Source: Eledone cirrhosa (taxonomy: Eukaryota). From it: a stretch of DNA of 64,000 nucleotides. This document shows, in pieces, positions 1 through 11,519 of the stretch (position 1 is the first letter of the stretch; each line of letters begins with the position of its first letter). The notes under the pieces were generated by a model. The model was not told the origin of the DNA and searched no databases. It saw only the letters and a program-made list of their open reading frames with translations. The position numbers and the translations under genes are program-made. The stretch is from contig OZ024750.1 of NCBI GenBank assembly GCA_964016885.1, positions 12,090,001 through 12,154,000 on the forward strand, given 5' to 3'.

Positions 1-577
1 ATTAATGTGAAGCATTGTGAGATGTGAGATATGTAATAATTGATTAGTGAGGACTTCAGAAAGCCAGTACAATGTAATAAAAATATATAAAGGGCAAAGG
101 AGGACAAATAAAATGAAGCAAAGTAATGTTTTTTATTCAGTATATTTTAACATGATATTTCAAGCTTAGTACCCGCTTTTCAAATGCAAAACAAATAAAG
201 TTAATACTCATCATAGACTGAAACGATCTTTTTTATTGATTCTGGAGAAAACAAAAATATAAGTCGATCTAAATTTAAACCTTCCATCATCATTCTATGA
301 AGCTTACTGAGTGGGGTGGAACCCATCAAATCAGACCAAGGAAACAATGATCTTTCTATTGCTGATACTATCTTCCAGCTGAAACTCCTGGCAGAAAGAG
401 CAACATGAAATAAAGTGTCTTGCTTAAGGACATAATGCACCACCTGGTCTGAGAGTTGAACTCGCAACCTTATGATTGCAAATCCAATTCTCTAACCTCT
501 AAGTCACATACCTTTACATTAATTTCATGCTAAACTTTATCATTTGAATAATTATAAAATTGTTTTCATGTATATAC

Positions 578-751
578 CTCATATGATATGATGATACCAT
601 TTGGTTTTTCTGGAGGATTCCACGATGCAATAATACATTCATTATGGTAGTGTACAGATATGTTGACTACATGACTAGGGATGCTCTCTTTTGTCATGGC
701 AGATGTAGAACTAGAAAAATTTCCCCATCCAATGTCAGTGCTGGCTTTTAT
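578..751 (-). CDS. EGF/FN3 receptor gene, coding exon 9 (end of one FN3 domain, start of the next); gene continues beyond window start
   Basis: Acceptor ttttactccgacag|ATA, donor GAG|gtatat; phase 0-0, 174 nt; IKASTDIGWGNFS...ASWNPPEKPNGIIISYE carries the FN3 W..P..PNG.I..Y motif. Confidence 0.88.
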
Positions 752-914
752 CTGTCGGAGTAAAAGATTTTCTGTTAAAATCAATAAACCTCTACATAAA
801 TTGCAACTATACAAAACAGTTATATTCGTGGTCCTTTTTCATATCTTAGAGAAAATCTATGAGAATGTTCCTTTGATTGAACTGTATAAAGTTTGTAGGA
901 TATCTGCTTTTACA

Positions 915-1130
915 GTTTAGCATTTACATTACTCTATATTTACTATTGTATTTTGGTGGAAAAGGATTTATCTCACACAATTATCTCACATAATATCGAA
1001 TCTACGAGATTTTAATGTTATTTATTTTGAGAACAATACCTTAATGTCAGTATGAGTGGCCAGTTATGGCCAGTTTGAACAGGAAGTGGTGAGAGAATTC
1101 TGGCCAGATATGGACTGTTTGAAGGTTTAG
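915..1130 (-). mobile_element. piggyBac-like MITE fragment (inverted copy of 6798-7027)
   Basis: Reverse-complement similarity to 6798-7027 (tttagcatttacatta...ttatctcacataatatcgaatct...ggccagtttgaacag). Confidence 0.55.
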
Positions 1131-1459
1131 GTGGTGAATTTATTCTGAATTACTCTGTCACTATATCTTTACATCTATATCTTTAAAACATTGTTGTTTA
1201 TAGGTGACATTATCAGCTACTTTGCAATAGGTTTTAATGATGTATCATGAATGAAATCTTTTAGTAGTGATTATTTATATCTGGATTTGAAACTCATTAG
1301 AATATACAAAGAAAAGGTTTCTGTAGAAATTCTCTACTATTTTGTATAGTAAACTTTATAAGAAAAGTACAATATATAATAGAGACACAGTAGTAGTGTA
1401 GCAAACTACATAAAATCATTAAAATCTCTGATTATAGCTTGATTATATGTATAACAATA

Positions 1460-1735
1460 GATGGTGGATTGGCAGAGTTGTTAGAACGTCAGATAGAATG
1501 CTTTTTGGCATTCATTTCGGTTCTCTGTTCTCTGAGTTCAAATCCTACCGAGGTCATCTTTGCCTTTCTTCCATTCAATGTCAATAGGACTGGGTCGATT
1601 CTTCCTCTATATCTGTTTCTCACTTTCTCTCTCTCTCACACCTACTTTCAATCTTTCTTTGGAGGAAATCTGCTGTAATCAGACCTGGAGAAGAGATGGG
1701 CTCCACCAGGTGTTAAAAAATGCCCAAGAAAAGCT
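1460..1735 (+). mobile_element. tRNA-derived SINE, subfamily with atctgctgt..cagacctggagaagagatgggctccaccagg tail
   Basis: A box tggcagagttgttag, B box gagttcaaatcc; homologous to 10645-10915 and, inverted, to 10255-10400 and 39170-39250. Confidence 0.7.
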
Positions 1736-1800
1736 GATGACTCTATGGTGTCCATACTACCCAATCAGGTGTTAAGGGACTAAAAAAAAAAAAGGGTTAC

Positions 1801-2021
1801 CTTTACAGAATAATGAGTAAATGGCTGTAAACCATTAAAGGTAGCTCCAGTTAATTTTGAAGCTGGTTGTATGATATCTTTTACTTGAACAGAGTTGGCT
1901 GTTTGGATACATCTCGCCATGTACAGGGTTAATATACCATTTGGTTGTTTACTTGGTTCCCATCTTACCGTTGCAGTTGTCTCTGTTGTCGTTAAATTAA
2001 TCAGTAATGGAGCATCTGGAA
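1801..2021 (-). CDS. EGF/FN3 receptor gene, coding exon 8 (FN3)
   Basis: Acceptor tatttttcag|TT, donor AAG|gtaacc; phase 1-0, 221 nt; VPDAP...VRWEPSKQPNGILTLY...FNGLQPFTHYSVK is a canonical FN3. Confidence 0.92.
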
Positions 2022-2046
2022 CTGAAAAATAAAAAATAAAAACATT

Positions 2047-2565
2047 ACAGGTGTTGCTCCAGGTGAGGGTGCTTGGTTGTTCCAGCACCTTAGCCTCGCT
2101 ATCACCTGGCCTTACTGAGGTATCAAGTGGCACCTTAGCCTCGCTATCACCTGGCCTTACTGAGGTAACAGGTGATGCTCTAGGTGAGGGTGCTTGGTTG
2201 TTCCAACACCTTAGCCTCGCTATCACCTGGCCTTACTTAGGTATCAAGTGGCACCTTAGCCTTGCTATCACCTGGCCTTACTGAGGTAACAGGTGATACT
2301 CTAGGTGAGGGTGCTTGGTTGTTCCAGCACCTTAGCCTCACTATCACCTGGCCTTACTGAGGAAACAGGTGATGTTCTAGGAGAAGGTGCTTGGTTGTTC
2401 CAACACCTTAGCTACACTATCACCTGGCCTTACGAAGTATCAAGTGATCCTCCAAGAATCTGAGAGTGCTTGGTTGTTCCTGCACCTTAGCCTCACTATC
2501 ACCTGACCTTACTGAGATATCAGGTGATATTCCAGGTGAGGGTGCTTGGTTGTTACAGCACCTCG
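2047..2565. repeat. GC-richer composite minisatellite (about 45 and 75 bp units) in intron
   Basis: Repeated aggtgagggtgcttggttgttccagcaccttagcctcgctatcacctggccttactgagg blocks. Confidence 0.9.
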
Positions 2566-2678
2566 GGAACATTGAAAAATTGACAAATGTTTCATTAATA
2601 ATAGACTGGTGTCTTGTGAAAGCTGACATTTGTCTCCTATCTGCTTTAACACGGTGGAAATAAGAAACAATGGATACA

Positions 2679-3170
2679 TGGTAGTGATGATGCTGGTGAT
2701 GGTAGTAATGGTGGTGGTAGTGATGGTGGTGATGATGATGGTGGTGATGATGATGGTGGTGATGATGGTGATGATAATGATGGTGGGGATGGTGCTGATG
2801 ATGGTGGTGGTGAAAGTGATGGTAGTGATGATGATGGTAGTGGCGATGGTGATGATAATGATGGTGGTGGTGATGGTGATGATGGTGGTGGTGATGATGG
2901 TGATGATAATGATGGTGGGGATGGTGCTGATGATGGTGGTGGTGAAAGTGATGGTAGTGATGATGATGGTAGTGGCGATGGTGATGATAATGATGGTGGT
3001 GGTGATGGTGATGATGGTGGTGGTGAAAATGATGGTAGTGGTGATGATGGTAGTGATGATAATAGTGATGATGAGGATGATGATGGTAGTGATGATGTTG
3101 GTAGTGATGATGATGATGATGATGGTGGTGGTAGTGATGATGGTAATGATGATAATGATGATGATGAAGA
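2679..3170. repeat. (GAT/GGT)n degenerate trinucleotide microsatellite
   Basis: Direct inspection; explains spurious ORFs 2509-3246 and 2630-3193. Confidence 0.95.
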
Positions 3171-3308
3171 TAGATAAATGCAGTTTTAAGTAGATATTTA
3201 CTTCAAACATACAAGAGGATGAAGCCATAGACTTTTCATCTGGCACTTAACCATTTAATGTAACATCATCATCTTAAAGGGTTAAATATATTTAAATGAA
3301 ACCCTTAC

Positions 3309-3614
3309 CTGCTTGAGACATCTGAAATATTTTTTCTTCACTGAAAGGTCCAGGTCCTTTATAGTTCACATATCTAATCATTATGCCATATTTTGTGAAG
3401 GGCTTCAGATCAGGAATAACAAAAAACTGATATTTTGTCTTGAAAGTTGAATGTTTTGATGTTGGCTTTGACGTTATATCAAAGGCCTGAATATCAATGT
3501 CATATTGTATGAGAAGCCCGCCTCTTTCATCACAAGACAAATTGTCCCATTCAATAGTTACACTCTTTGCTGATATACTTGTTACTCTGATATTTTTAAT
3601 TTTTCCCGTTGGAA
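3309..3614 (-). CDS. EGF/FN3 receptor gene, coding exon 7 (complete FN3)
   Basis: Acceptor ttattccag|TT, donor GCAG|gtaagg; phase 1-1, 306 nt; VPTGKIKNIRVTSISAKSVTIEWDNLSCDERGGLLIQY...DLKPFTKYGIMIRYVNYKGPGPFS. Confidence 0.93.
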
Positions 3615-3717
3615 CTGGAATAATGCCAGAAAAACAGTGTCGAATGTTTAAGAAATTTCAAATACAAAAAATACCGGAATATTTAGAGAAGACAAACATC
3701 TTTGTAAGTAGACATAA

Positions 3718-3800
3718 TACAGGCCGTTACAGAAAAAAACCTCCCATATTTTACATGGTAAACCATTAAAATGTGGGAAGTATTTTTGCCGCACCCTGTA
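3718..3800. mobile_element. Tc1/mariner-type MITE (83 bp)
   Basis: Imperfect TIRs tacagg...cccatatttta / taaaatgtggg...cctgta with TA at both ends. Confidence 0.6.
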
Positions 3801-3830
3801 TATAAAGACTATAATGAAAAGACTACGTAC

Positions 3831-4106
3831 CTGTTTCCGCAGTTAAGACAGATTCAATGTAATGAAGATTATAGGGAGACATTAAATCTACTGTAATTGT
3901 GTATAGGTGCCATAAGCTGGTATTTAACACAATAGAGCCTGAATCAAAAGTAATACTAGTTACATTTGATGAAACATCCTCACAATCTCCTATCCCAATT
4001 TCTTCATAACTCACTTTAACTGTCGTCTTAAATTTTGTGTGAATTAAGATTTCCATGTGGCCATCTTCTTTTTTATTCAGAGTCTGTAGAGTTGTATTTA
4101 TCAAAG
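3831..4106 (-). CDS. EGF/FN3 receptor gene, coding exon 6 (divergent FN3-like)
   Basis: Acceptor cttctgttattag|CT, donor ACAG|gtacgt; phase 1-1, 276 nt, open frame ending LWHLYTITVDL...VLTAET. Confidence 0.85.
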
Positions 4107-4195
4107 CTAATAACAGAAGACGGAGAGAAATAAAAGGAAGAAAAATGTTTAGCATTTGTTTCCTTTTTGTTAAATTTTATATATATAAATCAGAC

Positions 4196-4528
4196 AATAT
4201 AATTTACATATAAACACAGTATATTTACTATTACTCAATATAATTTACATATAAACACAGTATATTTACTATTACTCAATATAATTTACATATAAACACA
4301 GTATATTTACTATTACTCAATATAATTTACATATAAACACAGTATATTTACTATTACTCAATATAATTTACATATAAACACAGTATATTTACTATTACTC
4401 AATATAATTTACATATAAACACAGTATATTTACTATTACTCAAAATAATATACATATAAACACAGTATATTTACTATTTCTCTAAACAATATAATTTACA
4501 TATAATCACAGTATATTTACTATTACTC
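4196..4528. repeat. 41-bp AT-rich minisatellite, about 8 copies
   Basis: Unit aatataatttacatataaacacagtatatttactattactc. Confidence 0.95.
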
Positions 4529-4629
4529 TATTACATATTCCAGCTGAGGGACTGAGGCCATGCTGGGGCACAGCCATGTTGCTAAAACTTAAGTAAATTT
4601 ATTCCACATGTCACCATTATAAATGAAAT

Positions 4630-4869
4630 TTAACCCTTTAGTTACCAACCTGGCCTAAACCGGCTCTGGTTCTATGAAATAAAATCACCTATTTTAAAGG
4701 TTTTCAATTTAAATCAAAATCTTCCAACATAATTTTATATAAGAACATTACATTAAGTTACTGTCTTAGTAATCAAATAATTAATAATTTTAGTAAATCC
4801 CTCAAAATACTGCATTAATTGATTAAAATAGAATGTATTTTATTAGAAATGGGGTCATGAAAAAGTTAA
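4630..4869. mobile_element. piggyBac-like MITE
   Basis: Starts ttaaccctttag, ends aaaagttaa; TTAA at both ends. Confidence 0.4.
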
Positions 4870-5244
4870 GGGCCAGTCCACCTCATGGTTCCAATGGACA
4901 GAATGGAGAAGACATTTCCCTGGAAGATGGCAAAGGAGATATGCTGGAATAGCCACTCTACTTTGTAGGGCTTACACTTGCAGGTAACCAACTCCACTCC
5001 TAAGCAGTTAGTAGAGATGTGGTCAGGGGGCCCACAGCTACAGGCTCAAATACAAACCTATCAGAGAATGGCCGATATTTAATGAATTATAATGGGAATA
5101 TCATTATGAAGTTACTGAAAAAATATTGGTAGTTTTATATAGGAAGAAATACAACCCATATTGGTGTGTGATAGAATTAACAGTGTATGATATAGCAAGG
5201 TTTATGATTATAATACAAGAGTCCACAATGTTAGGAACACTTAC

Positions 5245-5453
5245 CTGAACATGGTATAAAAATGAATGGTGTCGGGACACCCAGAGGTCCACTAATGTTC
5301 TTTTTTTTAGATGAGGAAATGACATCAACTCGGAATTGATAGATAAAATTCTCTGTCAGACCTGTGACATTTACTGTATAGGTAGTGTTTTTTTTATGAA
5401 GTACAGTTTCTTTGCTCATCCATTTTGTATCAGATTTACTACGCATTTTCAAA
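5245..5453 (-). CDS. EGF/FN3 receptor gene, coding exon 5 (second half of FN3-1)
   Basis: Acceptor ttttattag|T, donor TCAG|gtaagt; phase 2-1, 209 nt; ...VNVTGLTENFIYQFRVDV... FN3 L..(P)..Y.FRV motif. Confidence 0.88.
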
Positions 5454-5669
5454 CTAATAAAAAAACAACAACTTATTACATTAAAGCTGTAGTATGTTTC
5501 ATGTAAAAAGTTTGTCACATTGGAAAAGGGATGGTAAATGTAAGTGTGCATGTGTATGAGAGAGAAGGTGAGCAGTTGTAGTGGCATTGTTGTAGCAACA
5601 ATGCTGAAAATATTTTTAATCTCATGCTGTAACAAGTCTTTATGGATAGGGGATGGTAAGAATGTGAGC

Positions 5670-5739
<70 letters not shown>

Positions 5740-5968
5740 ACTCCTTATTCTCACTTTTTATGGAAATATCAAATCAACGTTGAGGTAAAGAATGAGAAAT
5801 AACAGATAAATTTCCCCTGGATAGGATGCTAATCAACCAGAAATAATTTTTACCCCCAACAGAAGTCCAAAGCATAGTGATGGTTTATTTGTGCATATGA
5901 AATATTCAGTGTGATACACATGCAATAACATATTTATAGACAAAAGAAAAATAATATATTGTACATAC

Positions 5969-6089
5969 GAATAAGCTGCTACACGTGTGGTACCTCTGTC
6001 TAAATCATAATTCCAAGCTTCCCAAGAAACTGAAACTGTGTGACAGTCCAGAATGTGAACAGTAGGTGAGTTGATAAGAGTTGACAATT
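5969..6089 (-). CDS. EGF/FN3 receptor gene, coding exon 4 (first half of FN3-1)
   Basis: Acceptor tttttatag|AA, donor TC|gtatgt; phase 1-2, 121 nt; SPTVHILDCHTVSVSWEAWNYDLDRGTTRVAAYS. Confidence 0.85.
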
Positions 6090-6140
6090 CTATAAAAAAA
6101 AAGTAAGTGACCGGAGCATTTTATATCATCATTATTATTT

Positions 6141-6625
6141 CGTGGATTGGCAGTATCGGAAGAGGGTTGGATGTCATGCTTTGACGCATAGAGTTACGGC
6201 TCTTATCATTCTGAGTTTAAATCTCGTCGAGGTTAACTTTGCCTTTCATCCTTACAGGGTCGATAAAATAAAGTACCAGTAATGTACTGGGTAATTGCTG
6301 GCCTTGTGCCAAAAGTAGAAACAATTATTATTTCATCCTTACGGGGTCGATAAAATAAAGTACCAGTAGTGTACTGAGATAATTGCTGGCCTTGTGCCAA
6401 AAGTAGAAACAATTATTATTATATTACAGGGCGGTGGTTTGGCAGTATTGGTAGAGCATCAGACACCATGCTTTGTAGCATAGAGTTATGGCCCTTTACT
6501 TTCTGAGTTCAAACCCTGCCGAGGTTAACTTTGCCTTTCATCCTTACGGGGTCGATAAAATAAGGTACCTGTAATGCACTGGGATAATTGCTGGCCTTGT
6601 GCCCAAAGTAGAAACTATTATTATT
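6141..6625 (+). mobile_element. Two tandem copies (plus a duplicated tail) of the dominant tRNA-derived SINE (family 1)
   Basis: A box tggcagtatcgg, B box gagttcaaa(t/c)cc, conserved core ttgcctttcatccttacggggtcgataaaataaagtacc, tail gcctaaagtagaaacaattatt. Confidence 0.9.
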
Positions 6626-6797
6626 ATTTTACATCCATTTTATAATTATTTTAGTATTTCAAAATGCTGCATGAGCACCCTGCCCCATCAGCTGTTACAG
6701 TAGCAAATTCAATGGACATAGATATAAACAGGTCCTTTGTTAAGGAGTGAGGGATTACTGGATAGCACTGCTCCTCTATTTTTCAATGGTGTATCCT

Positions 6798-7027
6798 TTA
6801 GCCCTTTAACATTTAAACCAGTCATACCCAGCCAGAACTCTCTCACCTTTTTCTGTTCAAACTGGCCGTAACTGGCTGCTCATACTGGTGTTAAGGTATT
6901 GTTCTCAAAACAAATAATATCAAAATCTCATAGATTCGATATTATGTGAGATAATTATGTAAGATAATTATGTAAGATAAAGCCTTTACCACGAAAATAT
7001 AATATAATGTAAATGCTAAAGGGTTAA
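6798..7027 (+). mobile_element. piggyBac-like MITE between two ~60-bp direct repeats (6740-6800, 7024-7085)
   Basis: Ends ttagccctttaacattta ... taaatgctaaagggttaa; second copy inverted at 915-1130. Confidence 0.55.
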
Positions 7028-7309
7028 GGAGTGAGAGATTACTGGACTAGCACTACCCCTCTATTTTTCAATGATGCATCCTCAGATTTAGAAAATAGAA
7101 TTTGTAAAAAATAAACTATAAACAATAAAAAACGTCCTAAAATACGTTCCTTGTGAAAGAGTTCCCACCTAGAATGTTCTGAAACTCACAACTCCCATCC
7201 CTCCAACACAGGCCTGGATATAAAACGGTATATTCTAAAACAGAAAATAATTTTATTTTACCTATCTGACTATGATGTGTTGTAGGAAGTTATGTAATTA
7301 TGAACTTAC

Positions 7310-7447
7310 GAGTTTGACATCCTGTACCATACCAATTCCGATGGCATTGTCCTGAAGAACAGTAGCCATTTACCGGATCACACTTGTCATTTTCTGGGCA
7401 GTGGCATAAAAATAGACACCTTAGACCAAATCTCTTATCTGAGCATT
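7310..7447 (-). CDS. EGF/FN3 receptor gene, coding exon 3 (EGF-like, MEGF10/Tie-type)
   Basis: Acceptor tatatcttcag|AA, donor ACTC|gtaagt; phase 1-1, 138 nt; CSDKRFGLRCLFLCHCPENDKCDPVNGYCSSGQCHRNWYGTGCQ. Confidence 0.93.
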
Positions 7448-8024
7448 CTGAAGATATAAATAAAAGAATTATATCATAGAAAGAATATCTTGGTGTTGTA
7501 GATTGCTTGAAGCATTGTAGAATATGAGATATAAATGCAACTAAGGAATAAGTTTGGTTATTTTGAAGCTCAACAATGAATGTTTGGTTAAAGATGCCAA
7601 GGTAATATAAAGTAGGCAGAGGAATAAAAAGAACACAATGAAGTGAAATAAAAGAGTGAGGACAATAGAAAGTTACCTTAGCAATTTTACTGTTACCAAA
7701 TATTTTCGTATTTTTCATCCATTAACAAGGGGGAGGGGCTTAGGGCGGAGGGGGACCCCAGAGAGAAACCTGAGAAATATTGAGGGTGGCAGTTTGATTT
7801 AATTTGAATGATGGCATGTTAAAGTTGGATGTAATAATAAAAAATTACGAAATTTAATATTGTTACATCAAATTAAGTATTCTGATCTTAAAGAGAACAA
7901 CTTAATATTTATTCTCCCAAAGTCTCATTAAAATATGTTATGAAATATTAAAGTAGAGATTTGATATCAAGAAAAGGACATTATAATAGATTAGACTCAA
8001 CTGCCTTTATATTGTTTTAAAAAG

Positions 8025-8680
8025 TCTCAAGCCCAGAGGATAGTCAGGATGATGCTTATCCTGATTTCTGTGGCATTAAGTGACTGAGTATAAGACTGCC
8101 CCCTGGACAAGACACCAATCTATCACAGGGTTAGAGTCGGTTTCAAGACCAGAAACTAATCAGGCCAGTGCTTATCCTGGTTTCTGTGGCACTAAGTGAC
8201 TGAGAGTACAAGACTGCCACTGGGATGGATGACAGTCCATTGTCGTGTTAAAGTCTGTCTTGAGCGTGGAGGCTCATGAGGCCAGTATTTATCCTGGTTT
8301 CTTTGGCATTAAGCAAATGAGAGTACAAGACTCCCCTGTCCCTTCTGGAGAGGACGCCGGTCCATCTCTGGGTTAAACCACCAGCTATTGCTGGTACTCA
8401 TTTTCAACTGAGCAGATTTTCAACTGAGTAGATTGGAGCAACATGAAATGAAATGTTTTTTCCTCAAGAGCACAACACACAAACCCAGTCTAGGAATCAA
8501 TGCCATGACATTATGATCCTACAATCTGAGTTCAAATCCCGCCGAGGTTAACTTTGCCTTTCATCCTTACGGGGTCGATAAAATAAAGTACCAGTAATGT
8601 ACTGGGTAATTGCTGGCCTTGTGCCTAAAGTAGAAACAATTATGATCCTAAGTCCAACACCCTTACCACTAGGCAATATG
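8025..8680 (-). mobile_element. tRNA-derived SINE family 2 with triplicated 3' segment, interrupted by a family-1 SINE (8522-8638, + strand)
   Basis: gagcaacatgaaatgaa...ctcaagagcacaacac motif shared with 398-510, 10930-11100 and 24505-24600; duplication attatgatccta at 8510-8521 and 8639-8650. Confidence 0.7.
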
Positions 8681-8725
8681 TTTCCACCATTATATTGTGG
8701 GTTTCAACTAAATAAAACTACTTAC

Positions 8726-8869
8726 TTTCCTGACATTCTGGTGCATCCCTGTAACCTTGTATACAAAGGGAATCACTGCAACCATCAACATCACATACTT
8801 TATTGCCATTAAAACAATGACAGGTTGTATTACACTTAGTTCCAAATGTTCCTTCAGGGCAGGTTATTG
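8726..8869 (-). CDS. EGF/FN3 receptor gene, coding exon 2 (EGF-like)
   Basis: Acceptor ttttattttag|CA, donor GAAA|gtaagt; phase 1-1, 144 nt; ITCPEGTFGTKCNTTCHCFNGNKVCDVDGCSDSLCIQGYRDAPECQE. Confidence 0.92.
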
Positions 8870-9994
8870 CTAAAATAAAAGCAAATAAAGCATTAAATTT
8901 CAAAGGTAAATAAATGTCAGTAGTTGACATTTAACTCTTAACGTCCTGTACCACATGAGAACACATTAGCAAGACATTATTTTCTTTAAAAAAAATAAAA
9001 AGGTACAAAACAGCCTTTTAAGATCGATAATTTCTATGACAAGCATATGTATCGCGCTTATCAAGGAAATCATAAGGTGTGGTTCATTGGCATGATAGTG
9101 TAGGAAGAACATATGTTTAGACTTGCAGTGAATATGTGACATCAGATTATATATTAGATGTACATGTATACACAAGAATACTTACACAAACACACATATG
9201 TAATCAGATACATCTTCAGTGAGAACTAAGTGAAAAAACAGACTTGTGAACATTACATAAATATTTATTACTTTATCGCATGTTATTGCTTAATAGAAAG
9301 GGGGAAGATTACATAACAATTGAAATACATATTAACATATAAATTATTTATTAATTATATGCATGATCAAGGCACATGGATGACTGTTAGAGAATTGGAT
9401 TCACAATTGTGATTTTGATTCCCAGATCAGGTGATGCATTATGTTCTTGAGTAAGACACTTTATTTTGCATTGTTCCTTCTGGCTGGAGTTGTAACCAAC
9501 AGATAGTACTAGCAATTGGAAAGACTAATGGAAACATTGTTTCCTCAGTCCGATTTCACAAGCTCCACCTCACTCTTTAAGCGAATGAGGGGATCTTGTC
9601 GAACGACTGTCGATACATGATTTAATAATTATAATGAAATAATTAGTCAAGTATAGATAAATGGTTAATGTTTGGCTTCCAGGTCAACTCTTGTCAAGGA
9701 AACCCTTGATCAAACACATCCCAGGCTGAACTATATCCAGGGTTGTATGATCCAATGGGATAATGTCAAGGACTACATTATTCTTTGATTTGAGGAAGCT
9801 TTGGCTGCTGTTTCTAACAGGTTGAGTGACCACAAAGGGACTACATCATTAGCTCATGAGATATAGATATATTTACACTTGGTAATCAAAGACATGTATC
9901 AACACATATAGCTTTCAAAGGTGGCTGGATATATTTTCATATTTTTTTTATAGGTCTTGTAACTTCTGAGGGAGTTACAAAGGCTTCGTATTGA

Positions 9995-10240
9995 CATACA
10001 GAGTACTTAAACTATATGGCCATATAAAAAGATCAACACGTGGTGTGAGTAGGTTATGCCTGGAAGAGAGGTTGGCTGATAAGAGAAGCAGAGGCTGGCA
10101 GCCAAAACGATGGCTTGATAATGTCAACCTATGGACTGGACTTGATCTTTGCTCTTTAAACTCTGCTGTTGGTGATCGAACTTTGTGGAGAAAAATATCT
10201 CGTGTTGATGCGCAGTCTGAAACTGGTAGAGTTTAACGTC
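9995..10240 (+). mobile_element. RTE-clade LINE 3' end fragment
   Basis: LKLYGHIKR...LEERLADKRSRGWQPKRWLDNV..WTGL...DRTLWRK matches the RTE/BovB-type C-terminal motif (GHI.R...EG.R.RGRP..RW.D...DR..WR); second copy at 60930-61170. Confidence 0.8.
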
Positions 10241-10644
10241 AAAATATATTGACATAGTGTTTCTAAGGCATTTTTTAAAACCTGGCAGAACCCATCTCTT
10301 CTCCAAGTCTGAATACAGCAGATTTTTTTCAGAGAAGTATAGAGAGTGAGTGAATGGAAATGAGAAAGAGATATAGAGGAAGAATCAACCCTAGTACTTG
10401 ACTAAATAAAACTGTTATTATTTAAGTTCAATAAACGTCTCTCTGAGGATTGTGCTGTAAGTGGCTGCCTAAATAACCCTTAATGGTAGTACAGTCTCTG
10501 CCTAAATCTTTTCAAATGAAAACACTGGATTTAAGCAATTGCCAATCAACTTGCCGTCTCAGTTTTAAAGCTGATATCCAGAGTCAGAGATACTTGTTAG
10601 TGCATGCCTTTTAGATTTTTAATGACTATTAAATGAAAGTATAT

Positions 10645-10915
10645 GGTGGCAAATTGGCAAAATTATTAAAACGTTGGATAAAATTCTTTGCAGTATTTGT
10701 TCTGGCTTTCTGCTCTCTCAGTTCAAATCCTGCCAAGGTCGACTTCGTCTTTCATCTATTTGAGGTTGATAAAAAATACCAGTCTAGTACTGGGGTTGAT
10801 TCTTCTTCTATATTTTTTTCTCACTTCCATTCTTTCACTCTCTCTATTCTTCTCTGGAAGAAAACTGCTGTGTCAGACTTGGAGAGGAGATGGGCTCCAC
10901 CAGGTTTAAAACAAG
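10645..10915 (+). mobile_element. tRNA-derived SINE (same subfamily as 1460-1735)
   Basis: A/B boxes (tggcaaaattatta, gttcaaatcc) and shared tail cagacttggagaggagatgggctccaccagg. Confidence 0.7.
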
Positions 10916-10929
10916 AAAGTGTAAGTCTC

Positions 10930-11100
10930 CCTCCTGGACAGGAAGCCAGTCCATCCCATTGCTGGTACTCATTTTCAGCTGAGTATACTGGAGCAACATA
11001 AAATAAAGTGTTTTGCTCAGGAACACAACACACAACCCAGTCCAGGAATCAAACCTATGACATTATGATTGTGAGTCCAACACCCTTACCACTAGGACAT
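10930..11100 (-). mobile_element. tRNA-derived SINE family 2
   Basis: Reverse complement has a tRNA-like head (tagtggtaagggtgttggact...ggtttgattcc) and the tgtgttcctgagcaaaacacttta core. Confidence 0.7.
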
Positions 11101-11519
11101 GCAACTCCACACTCCAAAATGCACATACACACAAAGTCCAAATGCTTCTCAATTCAATTTCTTTTGGCACCACAGACAAATATTCTTAGCTGCCTCACAC
11201 CAGACATACATTTTCTTCAGTCATTTTTTGTCAAGAACATTAATTATATCAAATGCATGGCTAGGGAAAGATTTAGCAGTTATTTGTAGCAGGTTAAGTG
11301 GTTGTGTAAAGGTTCCCTTGTAGGTCTGTGAATCAGTGGCCTTGAAAGACCTGTAAACCAATGGCCTTGTAGATCTGTGAACCAGTGGATTGAGTGTGTT
11401 GGTGAATAAATATTTACCAATTATACAAATATCTCTTTATAGGATGTCATTTAAGATGTTTGTGTGACACAATACGAGGGCTGCTGAAAAGTGTTTTCTT
11501 CAACCAAGAACACATCTAG

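Noticed and set aside
201-467. 88-aa ORF as the next exon of the receptor gene
   Set aside because: The phase-0 frame after the available acceptors hits TGA within about 20 codons, there is no FN3 motif, and the 5' part is a family-2 SINE fragment
2509-3246. 245-aa and 187-aa ORFs
   Set aside because: Translations of a (GAT/GGT)n microsatellite
6141-6240. tRNA genes at A/B-box sites
   Set aside because: These are SINE heads followed by the conserved SINE body; no cloverleaf
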